Of a DNA stretch of 64,000 bases, positions 30,564 to 38,772 are shown piece by piece. The first letter of the stretch is position 1. Every line of letters starts with the position of its first letter. A program made the position numbers and the translations under genes. The notes under the pieces were generated by a model. That model saw only the letters and a list, made by a program, of their open reading frames with translations, made no database searches and was not told the origin of the DNA. The DNA is from Terriglobia bacterium. Its GTDB lineage: Bacteria > Acidobacteriota > Terriglobia > 2-12-FULL-54-10. Where the stretch lies: assembly GCA_963666975.2 (NCBI GenBank), contig CAXVYR010000002.1, forward strand, positions 32,001 through 96,000, written 5' to 3'.

Positions 30564-31445
30564 AATTCGCCCTCGGTTTTCGCGTAACGCAGTTCCTTCT
30601 TCGTCATGTCGCACTTTAGATAGCCACCCTTGTTTTCATTAACGCTACGCCATGCTGCGTACCCCACGAGTATTGCTTGATTCCAAAGATCATAGGTTGC
30701 GCGGCTGACTTCCAGTGCTCCAGTGATCCTTTCAATCAACTTCAGCAATTCAAACGGAACGCATTGTTCATCTTTGAAGAACGCAACCTCCCTGGCATGC
30801 TCGTAGACTAAAGCAGTTAGGGCCTCCTCCAGGATGATGGCGCGAGCGCCATCCTCAACTTCATCCATCTTCTTATTGGATTTGCGCTTTCTGTTTAGCA
30901 AACTACGGAAGACAGGACTCCAGCCCAGGACCGCGACGTGTGCAAGATGCAGAACATCGTGAAACCGGTAGCCGTCGTCGGTATGAGCGTTGTCCGTTAC
31001 CCTTGCCCCAATTTGAATCCAGTCTGTCCCAAAACCCTTGAGAGCCAGCTTTGCTGTGCCCCCAACGATTTCTGAGACTTTGAAGATCATAACTCTTGGA
31101 AATTGCTCATCATCGGGGAATTTGGCATCAAAAAAGTCCGCCAGATGTGTCTTCTTTCCCCAACGATGCTCGCATTTCTCGCGATTGCTCACTGCAACTG
31201 CGTCGAGATCCAAGTTGCAACATGTAGCAATGTCGGAGATGTACCAGAGAATGTCCCCAAGCTCCTCTTGGAACCGCTGTTGCAATCCCACAGAATCACT
31301 TGGGATTCGATTGCGGTCATCATATATTCTAGAAAGCGTGGCAACGGCTTCGTTCAGATTCCAGAACGAACTAGCTAACGAACGCTCAGCATCTTGGAAT
31401 TGCCTGGTTCCTTTTCGATTCAGCTTGGTATTGTTTAAAGTCCAT
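30560..31445 (-). CDS. MazG-like nucleotide pyrophosphohydrolase with MazG-C domain; one extra base near 31410 shifts the frame
   Basis: MDFKQYQAESKR/TRQF N-terminus, EELGDILWY, DNAHTDDGYRFHDVLHLA..LGWSPV, RKRKS..DEVEDGARA..EE; ATG 31445 to stop is 886 nt (3n+1). Confidence 0.8.
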
Positions 31446-31811
31446 TGGATTGAACCTCGCGCAGTGCTATCGAATAGATTCTGCCGTCATTGTAGCAATA
31501 AACGTTGCGCCGCAAGGGAGCAAAACAAGTATCCACTGGTAATTGGATTAGTAAGGTGGGTAATATTGTCCAACGTCTCCTGAATGACAGGCGTGAGTGT
31601 TAGGCTGGTACGGGTGGTCCTCGGACGAATCAAGTCACGAGGACTAGCTATGGTGGCACTGTGGCGACTTTTGTGGATACCCCGCGTGCAGATTGTTACA
31701 TTTTGGTGCAACTCAAAACAACTCGACACATGACTAGAACTCTTTGAACTGGAAGGGGTTGCAGGGTTATCTGCCATCCGGTCAGTTAGTTAGAAAAACG
31801 GCCTGAAAAGA

Positions 31812-31889
31812 TTTTCAAGACCGCCGGTTTCAACCACTCACCCATTCCTCCATCGCTCATTTTACAGCAAGTGGGAGCGGGTCCGCTCA
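31812..31889 (-). repeat. Displaced 5' half of tRNA-Ser plus 38 bp upstream (att repeat)
   Basis: TTTTCAAGACCGCCGGTTTCAACCACTCACCCATTCCTCCATCGCTCATTTTACAGCAAGTGGGAGCGGGTCCGCTCA. Confidence 0.95.
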
Positions 31890-32194
31890 CAACAACTCCT
31901 CTTTGCTGTTTGTACCCCGGCAAAGCTTTGCATTATGGAAGCATGGCCGTGGCGACAACATGATCTTTCGTTGTCTCTCGCGCAAGCCGTTTCTGAAGGG
32001 TGTTGCGCGACAGCGAAAGGGCCGCCATGCCACTTTAACCTTGATTTGACCGGGCAGCCAACCTAGGATTTTGCGGAAGATTGACAGTTCAATCCTATCT
32101 CTGAATGGCGGATTCAATTTTGAACTGTTTTCGATCAAGACATCGTTGGCTGGCACTCTCTGCTGGAACCAGTTTCCCAGCAGTTTCCGCCAAC

Positions 32195-32410
32195 AAAGAC
32201 TCCGGCCTGCTCCTACGCATCCTGCACTATCATCCAACGCGGGTCGGGCGCATCCCTGCGCAGATTGACTATGCTGATTATCGTGATGTGGACGGCGTGA
32301 AGGTTCCCTTCCGCTGGACAGTTTCGCAGTCGAGAGGACGCAGTTACGAATATCAAATCAGCCAGGTGCAGCAGAATGTCCCGATTGCAGCCTCTCCATT
32401 CGAGGAATAA
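32195..32410 (+). pseudogene. C-terminal fragment of an exported protein
   Basis: DSGLLLR...QIDYADYRDVDGVKVPFRWTV protein-like tail without a plausible N-terminus. Confidence 0.55.
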
Positions 32411-32470
32411 CGGCGGGCCGGCGCGCGCAGATCCGAATGAAGCAACGCTGCAAGCAGAGCGGCGAACGCC

Positions 32471-32956
32471 TCAGTGTTTGATCTTCCAATTGCCCTCCAC
32501 ATTTTTACGATGCGCCCTGTGACAGCCGGTGCAGTTGGCGCGGGTTGCGTGAAATTTGGCCAAGGCTTCCTCCATCTTGCCCGCGGAGGCAAGTTCGCCA
32601 GCTTCTTGGAAGCCGGACTGTGTGTCGTCGGCAAACTTCATGGCGCTGCTGACGCTTCTTTTCTGGAAGAAGGCATAGACCCGCCCAAAAAGTTCTTGCA
32701 GTTTCTTCGCGTCCGCTGCGACCGCTTCTCCGGCCATGTCTTGCAGATTCAAGGCCATGCTGCCGACCGTTCGCCGAATGGTCTCCACCCATTCCTGGAA
32801 TTCGGCTTCATCTTGAGCCAAGCCTGCATCTTGAGCCGAGCCTGCCCTGCCTGCCGAGCCTGCCCTGAGCGAAGCCGAAGGGAGCGCAGCCGAAGGGGCT
32901 CGGAATGACAACGCGTTGTGGTTTACGCCAACTGTGAAAACGCCATAGGCACTCAT
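32471..32956 (-). CDS. Cytochrome c'-like (class II) protein; N-terminus occupied by a REP-like insertion
   Basis: Helical body with C-terminal CTGCH; 32821-32910 matches the repeat family. Confidence 0.7.
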   Translation of the reverse strand: MSAYGVFTVGVNHNALSFRAPSAALPSASLRAGSAGRAGSAQDAGLAQDEAEFQEWVETIRRTVGSMALNLQDMAGEAVAADAKKLQELFGRVYAFFQKRSVSSAMKFADDTQSGFQEAGELASAGKMEEALAKFHATRANCTGCHRAHRKNVEGNWKIKH

Positions 32957-33058
32957 TTTTTGGATTGACTTAGGGGTTATCTTTCTTCCAAATAGCTGTT
33001 GGCAAAATTGAATTTGTTTTGCTCCGGCATCCATTAAGCCATTTCACCAGGAGGACAC

Positions 33059-33424
33059 ATGAACGGACCTCAGAGGTTTTGGATTGCAATTTTATTTTTG
33101 GCATTCTTCCCGTGGCTGCCGCTGCTCGCCCAGGGCCAGTTGCCCGAAGGGGAAGGAAAGGAGATCGTCGAGACCGTATGCACGCAGTGCCACGGATTAA
33201 GCAATATTACGAACGCGCGCTACCCTTTGGAGGAGTGGCGAAACGTGCTGTACGACATGATCTCCGAAGGGGCTCCCTTGCTGGACGATGTGGCGCAGTA
33301 TCTGGCGAAACATTTCGGTCCGGAGAGTTCCTCCGGCAGTTCATCGAAAAATACCGGAGAGGCTGCTGGTAAGAAAACAATCTCAGTAAATCCGGCTGCG
33401 GCGCAGGAACCGGGAAGAAGTTAA
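33059..33424 (+). CDS. Small cytochrome c, probably C-terminally truncated
   Basis: Signal peptide, LPEGEGKEIV..VCTQCH; GGAGG RBS. Confidence 0.75.
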   Translation: MNGPQRFWIAILFLAFFPWLPLLAQGQLPEGEGKEIVETVCTQCHGLSNITNARYPLEEWRNVLYDMISEGAPLLDDVAQYLAKHFGPESSSGSSSKNTGEAAGKKTISVNPAAAQEPGRS

Positions 33425-33545
33425 AAAAGCTGTCCGGTCTGGATGCCAGCGAGCATGCGAAAACAGGAAACCGGACAGCTTTTCAGGGAATTGGACTTTG
33501 CTGTTGGATTTCTGCTGTTGGACTTCTAAGAACGAGGTGAGAACC

Positions 33546-34988
33546 ATGCGGAACCGAGGTGTCACGCGAAGGCGATTTCTGGAACAAGCTGGGAGCGTCA
33601 CCGCCCTGGGGGTCATGGGAAGTCTGCTGCCCTGGACCCGGTTCAACGCGGCCGAGTTGCCTCGACCGGGCACTGCCGACTGGGCCCGGTATGGTTATGA
33701 TCTGCACAATACCCGCTTCAATGCGAACGAGAAGACCATCGGCCCCGGCAATGTGGACCGGCTGAAGCTGAAGTGGAAGTTTGACACGCTCGACGATTGG
33801 CCGATCCAGACGACTCCGACCATAATCGGCGACACCGTATTTTTCGGGGCCGGGGGCTATCAATATGCGCTCGACAGCGCCACGGGAAACATGAAGTGGC
33901 GATACGAGGTGGGGCTGGCCGGGGAGTGGCTTTCCGGGCTGAAGAACCGGGGAATTCGCTCCTCCTCTTCCTACGCGAACGGCCGGGTCTACTTTGGAAC
34001 GGGCTTTTGCGATGTGCATTGCGTGGATACGGCCGCCGGAAGGGAAATCTGGAAGACTAATCTGGAAGACGACAAGCTCTTGAATGCCAAGATGGGGTAT
34101 TCCCCGGTCGTTTATAACGGAAAGGTGCTGGTCGGCTGGACCTCCGGCATGGCCGGGATAGCCTGCCTGGATGCGGAAACGGGAGCCATCCGCTGGCGCT
34201 TCCGCGTCGCGCAAGACGTGCCCGCCGAAAACAGAACAGGAGGCGGATCGCTTTGGACATCCGCGGCCATTGATGAAAAGCAAAATGTGGTTTTCAACGT
34301 GACCGGCAGCACCAAGGGACTTTGGCCCAACGCCATGCTGTACACGGAAAGCATCCTGGCCCATGATATTGACACCGGCGAGCTGCTCTGGCACTACCAG
34401 GCACATCCCCAAGATGCATTTGACTTGGATTTTTGCGCCCACCCGATCCTCTTTGACGCGGAGGCCCCGCCCAGAACTCGCGGGTACGTGCGGCCCTGCG
34501 TAGGGGCCGGCAACAAGGCGGGCATTTACTGCTGGAACCGGCACACCGGGGAGCTTTACTGGAAAACGATGCTGGGTGCAGGAGGCGCCGGGGGCGGACC
34601 GCGGATCAACGCGATGGCGGTCGCTTATAACAAGGTTTTCGTGCAGAACACTTCCCCCGGCGGGCCGCCCTTGTACGTCACGGCAGCTTTGAACGCCTAC
34701 AACGGCGATATTGAATGGATTGTGCCGAATCCCAGCTCGCAAACCGCGCCGATTGCCGTCGCCAACGGGGTGCTCTACCAGGGATTCGAGCCGGGCGCCA
34801 AGGTGGAGGCGTTGGACGCCCAAACGGGTCGCAGGCTCTGGGAATATCCTTTGCCGAGTCCATACCGCGGCGGTGTTGCCATCGCCAACGGCGCTCTGTA
34901 CACGAGCAACGGCGAGGCGGCATCCTGGAGCGGGGAGGACGTGCCCTATAAGTATTCCGTCTATTGTTTTACGGTTGACGGCAAATAG
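33546..34988 (+). CDS. Tat-exported PQQ-binding-like beta-propeller protein (putative dehydrogenase)
   Basis: TRRRFL Tat motif, DWARYGYDLHNTRF, repeated ALD..TG...W docking motifs. Confidence 0.85.
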   Translation: MRNRGVTRRRFLEQAGSVTALGVMGSLLPWTRFNAAELPRPGTADWARYGYDLHNTRFNANEKTIGPGNVDRLKLKWKFDTLDDWPIQTTPTIIGDTVFFGAGGYQYALDSATGNMKWRYEVGLAGEWLSGLKNRGIRSSSSYANGRVYFGTGFCDVHCVDTAAGREIWKTNLEDDKLLNAKMGYSPVVYNGKVLVGWTSGMAGIACLDAETGAIRWRFRVAQDVPAENRTGGGSLWTSAAIDEKQNVVFNVTGSTKGLWPNAMLYTESILAHDIDTGELLWHYQAHPQDAFDLDFCAHPILFDAEAPPRTRGYVRPCVGAGNKAGIYCWNRHTGELYWKTMLGAGGAGGGPRINAMAVAYNKVFVQNTSPGGPPLYVTAALNAYNGDIEWIVPNPSSQTAPIAVANGVLYQGFEPGAKVEALDAQTGRRLWEYPLPSPYRGGVAIANGALYTSNGEAASWSGEDVPYKYSVYCFTVDGK

Positions 34989-35049
34989 CATTGCCAAACC
35001 GGGCTGTGCTTTGGGATAGTGCCGAAACCAAGGAAGGGAGTATCGTGCT

Positions 35050-35655
35050 ATGACATCTGGAAAGCTCCATCGTCGCGACGTATTGAAAGGCTGGGGAATG
35101 GGGGTGTTGGCACTGTCGCTTCCCGGATGGCGGTTGCCGGTGTTAGGAGCGGAACCGGAGGCCGCCGTGGTAACCATCGGCAACAATTATCGGCTGGGCC
35201 AATGGTTTTTTAATCCCGCAGGTCTTTACATTCAAAAAGGACAAACGGTGCGTTGGGAGAGCAGAAAGTGGGGAACGACGGTCACTGCATTCCACCCTTC
35301 CAACGGCAATCATGAATTGCGAATCCCGGAGAACGCGAAACCGTTTGACTCCGGCTTGATCGGACAAACTATCCAGAGCACGTTTGAATGGACCTTCGAT
35401 GTGGAAGGGACCTACGACTATTTTTGCCGTTATCACGAAATCCTCGGGATGGTAGGACGCATTGTGGTGGGATCGCCGGGCGGACCGGACGAAGAGAACC
35501 TGCCTGGTTATGGGGCCCGCGAGGGAAGGACGCCGGTCTTCCATTTCCAAGCCAAGCTTTTGGCGGCCCTCCCCTCTCAGCAGATCGTTGAGAACAAGAC
35601 CCTTTCTTATCCGAGGGATTTGTTGGTTCGGACCTACCCGTACGGGGATAAATAA
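35050..35655 (+). CDS. Tat-exported cupredoxin (plastocyanin/halocyanin-like)
   Basis: HRRDVLK Tat motif; GTYDYFCRYHEILGMVGRIVV type-1 copper C-terminal ligands. Confidence 0.85.
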   Translation: MTSGKLHRRDVLKGWGMGVLALSLPGWRLPVLGAEPEAAVVTIGNNYRLGQWFFNPAGLYIQKGQTVRWESRKWGTTVTAFHPSNGNHELRIPENAKPFDSGLIGQTIQSTFEWTFDVEGTYDYFCRYHEILGMVGRIVVGSPGGPDEENLPGYGAREGRTPVFHFQAKLLAALPSQQIVENKTLSYPRDLLVRTYPYGDK

Positions 35656-35819
35656 GCGATAGCACGCTGTCCGCTTACGATGGGCTCCCGCCGTCGGGCA
35701 AGAAGGCAACAGGTTATCAATCCAGGTTTTATCAATCCAGGTTGCCTGACTAAATTTTCCACAAACCAACGAATCATCATCCTTTTCAATTTCGGCTTTC
35801 GTTTGAACATGCCACTCCC

Positions 35820-36228
35820 TCGCCCCGCCCATCCACGCTGCCCCCTCAAAAACGTGAGCGAAAACTTCGGCAGCCGGACGCGTGGCTTTGTAGTTTCGCC
35901 AATAGGCGCGCGCCTCCCGAACTCCCGCCCAGTCGAGAACACGAAAGCTCGATTCCCTGCGCAACCACTCCAGAGCTTCCTCGCTGCTCTCCATATTTCT
36001 GTTTTCTGCCTCCAGGATGATTCTGTCCAAGACATACTCTTGTCCCGCCACAAGCTCCAGCGGGGCACGGGGTTGTCCATTGCGGATCGACAGAGTGATT
36101 CCGGGCGGCTCGGCTGGGGAAGCAGCATCCTCCGAATTGGGGGCCGGATTGGGGGAAGGTCTCCCGCAGGATGAGACAAGCAGCATCCCCCAAACGAAAA
36201 CAACAAAAATAATTTTACTCTTCATCAT
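35820..36228 (-). pseudogene. 5' fragment of a lipoprotein-like gene
   Basis: MMKSKIIFVVFVWGMLLVSSC lipobox-like start; coding character lost after ...FEGAAWMG. Confidence 0.45.
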
Positions 36229-36498
36229 GAATGGTTTGCTTTTGCTCATTTCCGTCAGATTCCGGGCGATCCTAACATAAGAGACGGATCGTACGATTAT
36301 CAATCCGAATGCCTTCCATAGAAAACCCTTCGCAAAGGACATGCAATGTGAGCAGGCTTTCCCCGATAGCGCTTCGCTGTGCTGATGACCAGCCACAGGT
36401 CTCCCGGAACGAATCCCGATGTATACTCTTCGTTGCCCGGAAACCAGAAATGGAAATTCCGGTGGACGGCATTCTTCAACTAACAGGAGGTATTATTC

Positions 36499-36693
36499 AT
36501 GCCCCATATTCAGATCACGCTTCTGGAAGGACGTCCGGCGGAACAAAAGCGCAAGATTGCCGAACGCATCACCGACACCATGGTCGAAGAGACCGGCACC
36601 AGTCGCGAAGGGGTTAGTGTGGCTTTCGTGGATGTTTCTCCAGACAGTTTTGCCCGGGGAGGCGTGCTGATCATAGACCGGAAAAAGAGCTGA
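36499..36693 (+). CDS. 4-oxalocrotonate tautomerase family protein
   Basis: Pro-1 (MPHIQITLLEGR..EQKR), 64 aa, AGGAGG RBS. Confidence 0.92.
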   Translation: MPHIQITLLEGRPAEQKRKIAERITDTMVEETGTSREGVSVAFVDVSPDSFARGGVLIIDRKKS

Positions 36694-36747
36694 ATCCGGT
36701 GCTGCTGCAGGAAAACCCCTTCCGAAAATCGGCATAGGAGATTCAGG

Positions 36748-37203
36748 ATGAATTTACAGGGAACGGTTCAGGTGAAAGCCCCGCGGGACCGTGTTTGGGA
36801 AGCTTTGAATGACGCGAAAGTTCTGGAGCAGTGCACACCTGGATGCAAGCAAATGACCCTCGCGGAAGATGGGTCCTACGATGTCCTGCTGGAGGTGGGC
36901 ATAGCCTCCGTCAAAGGGCGCTATACAGGCAAGATTCGGATTAGCGACCGAATCCCCGGCACTCAGTACAAGCTGGCAGTGACGGGAAAGGGCACTCCCG
37001 GTTTTTTGAACGCCGAAGGTATCCTCCGGCTGGAAGAGCAGGGCGCAGAGACTCGGATCGATTACAGCGGGCAGGCGCAGGTGGGAGGGCTAATTGCCGG
37101 TGTGGGCCAGCGCATTATGAGCGGCGTGGCCAAGCAACTGGTAAGGCAATTTTTCCAAAGTTTCGAGAAGGTTGCAGTCCAATCCGCAGAAGGCGGCAAC
37201 TAA
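36748..37203 (+). CDS. coxG: CoxG / SRPBCC family protein
   Basis: APRDRVWEALND..L..CTPGC, QVGGLIAGVGQR. Confidence 0.88.
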   Translation: MNLQGTVQVKAPRDRVWEALNDAKVLEQCTPGCKQMTLAEDGSYDVLLEVGIASVKGRYTGKIRISDRIPGTQYKLAVTGKGTPGFLNAEGILRLEEQGAETRIDYSGQAQVGGLIAGVGQRIMSGVAKQLVRQFFQSFEKVAVQSAEGGN

Positions 37204-37278
37204 CCCGGATTTCTCGCCAAGCCCGGCAGGCCTGAGACTTTGCCAAAAAACAGCGAGGGAAAACGTTTCAGGAAGCAG

Positions 37279-37731
37279 CTATATGAGCTTAGAGACTGCC
37301 TCGCGAATCTTCAGCTCGATGATAATGTTCTCCTCCTCGGAGTTTTCCGGTGGAAGGGACCGGTGAGCAATCCCCCGGGGGATGACAAACATCTCGCCGG
37401 ATTGCAGGGTAATGTTGCCCAACTCCGTCTCCCAGTGGATGCTCCCCTTGTAGCAAAAGATCACCTCGTCGGCCTCCATATTGCGATGCCAGAAAACCAT
37501 CGGCTCCTTCGTCCTCTTGGAAAGGTCCAGCCGCACCCCTTCGGCTTGCAACAGCGGCAAGGGCGTCCCCTCGGCCTTGGCGTAGTTCGATGGCCGCAAG
37601 TTTGGATCGTTGACGTTGATCTTTTCCAGCTTGACCTGCTTGCTCTCGACGGAAATAACCTGCACGGGAGGAATTTCACGTTTCAAGATCAGTTCTTTTC
37701 CCTGCCATGTGAATTTCTCGGTGTAGGTCAT
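37279..37731 (-). CDS. Small cupin resembling part of homogentisate 1,2-dioxygenase
   Basis: HRNMEADEVIF..G....ETELG.....GEMFVIPRGIAHR. Confidence 0.75.
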   Translation of the reverse strand: MTYTEKFTWQGKELILKREIPPVQVISVESKQVKLEKINVNDPNLRPSNYAKAEGTPLPLLQAEGVRLDLSKRTKEPMVFWHRNMEADEVIFCYKGSIHWETELGNITLQSGEMFVIPRGIAHRSLPPENSEEENIIIELKIREAVSKLI

Positions 37732-37820
37732 GATTCTTTTCCTTTCTCAAAAACTCAATTTCCATCGCCAATATAAGAAGCTTGCTCCCGGAAGACCATC
37801 TAAACAGAGGCCGTCAGCCT

Positions 37821-38699
37821 CTAAGAACGAATGCAAGCCGCCGCGATCGCCCGCGAGACATAAACGCGGGCAAGGTGGGAGCGAAAATCGCTCGAGGCAT
37901 GCATATTCTCCATCACATCCACGCCCTGAACGATGGCGGACGCTGCCTCTTCAATAATTTTGGGTTCCAGTTTTTTTCCTTGCAGTCTCTTTTCTGTCTC
38001 TTCCGCCCGATAAGGCTTATCCGTCACTCCGGTAACCCCGATTGAAATTTCTTCGCATGTTTGATCGTCCCCTGCCTTCAGGCATAGGGCGATCCCGACC
38101 ATGGCAAAGTCCGATGGTCTCCGAGCAGCTTTCCGATAGATCGTTTTGTGGTCCGGCAAAACCGGCACGCGAATCTCGGACAGAATCTCATCCGGCGACA
38201 AAGCAGTTTCCATCATGCCGAGAAAGAAATCATCCGCTTGGATCCATCTTTCGCCTTTAGGACCGGCCACTTTTAATTCCGCTTTCAGAGCCAGGATCGC
38301 CGCCGGCATATCACCGGCCGGGTCGGCGTGGGCCAGACTGCCGCCGAGCGTCCCGCGGTTACGCACCTGGACATCGCCAACCACAGAGGCCGTTTGCGGC
38401 AAAAGAGGACATTTGCTTTGCAATAGTTCGGATTCCTTGATCTGGGCGTAGGTGGTAAGCGCGCCAATTGATATTGTGCCGGAGGGCCCGGCGCTTTCTT
38501 CGCGGATATAGTTCAGTTCCGCGATGCCGGCCAAATCCACAAGATAGTTTAGGCTGGCCAAGCGAAGCTTCAGCAGCGATATGAGGCTTTGCCCCCCCGC
38601 GAGAGGTTTCGCCTCCTCCTGGTAGCTGGAGAGAAGAGAAACAGCCTCGGAAAGAGATGCTGGAGCGAAGTATTCGAATTTGCTAGGTATCATAACCAC
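37821..38699 (-). CDS. Xanthine dehydrogenase-family FAD-binding medium subunit (CoxM-like)
   Basis: FEYFAP, LAGGQSL, QVRNRGTLGGSLAHADPAGD. Confidence 0.93.
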   Translation of the reverse strand: MVMIPSKFEYFAPASLSEAVSLLSSYQEEAKPLAGGQSLISLLKLRLASLNYLVDLAGIAELNYIREESAGPSGTISIGALTTYAQIKESELLQSKCPLLPQTASVVGDVQVRNRGTLGGSLAHADPAGDMPAAILALKAELKVAGPKGERWIQADDFFLGMMETALSPDEILSEIRVPVLPDHKTIYRKAARRPSDFAMVGIALCLKAGDDQTCEEISIGVTGVTDKPYRAEETEKRLQGKKLEPKIIEEAASAIVQGVDVMENMHASSDFRSHLARVYVSRAIAAACIRS

Positions 38700-38772
38700 T
38701 CCCGCCCGAAGAACCCCCCGCCCGAAGAACCCATAGTTGAAGAACCCATAGTTTCAGTGAAGCGACTGCTCA

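Larger units (their letters stand above)
29718..31889. mobile_element. tRNA-Ser-integrated mini genomic island flanked by 78-bp direct repeats (att sites)
   Basis: 29718-29795 repeated at 31812-31889 (1 mismatch); lower GC inside; integrase remnant adjacent. Confidence 0.9.

Noticed and set aside
31812-31851. Second tRNA-Ser gene or split tRNA
   Set aside because: Only the 5' half is present; explained by att duplication.
33483-35186. 567-aa - strand ORF
   Set aside because: Antisense shadow of the PQQ-type propeller gene, as expected in GC-rich DNA.
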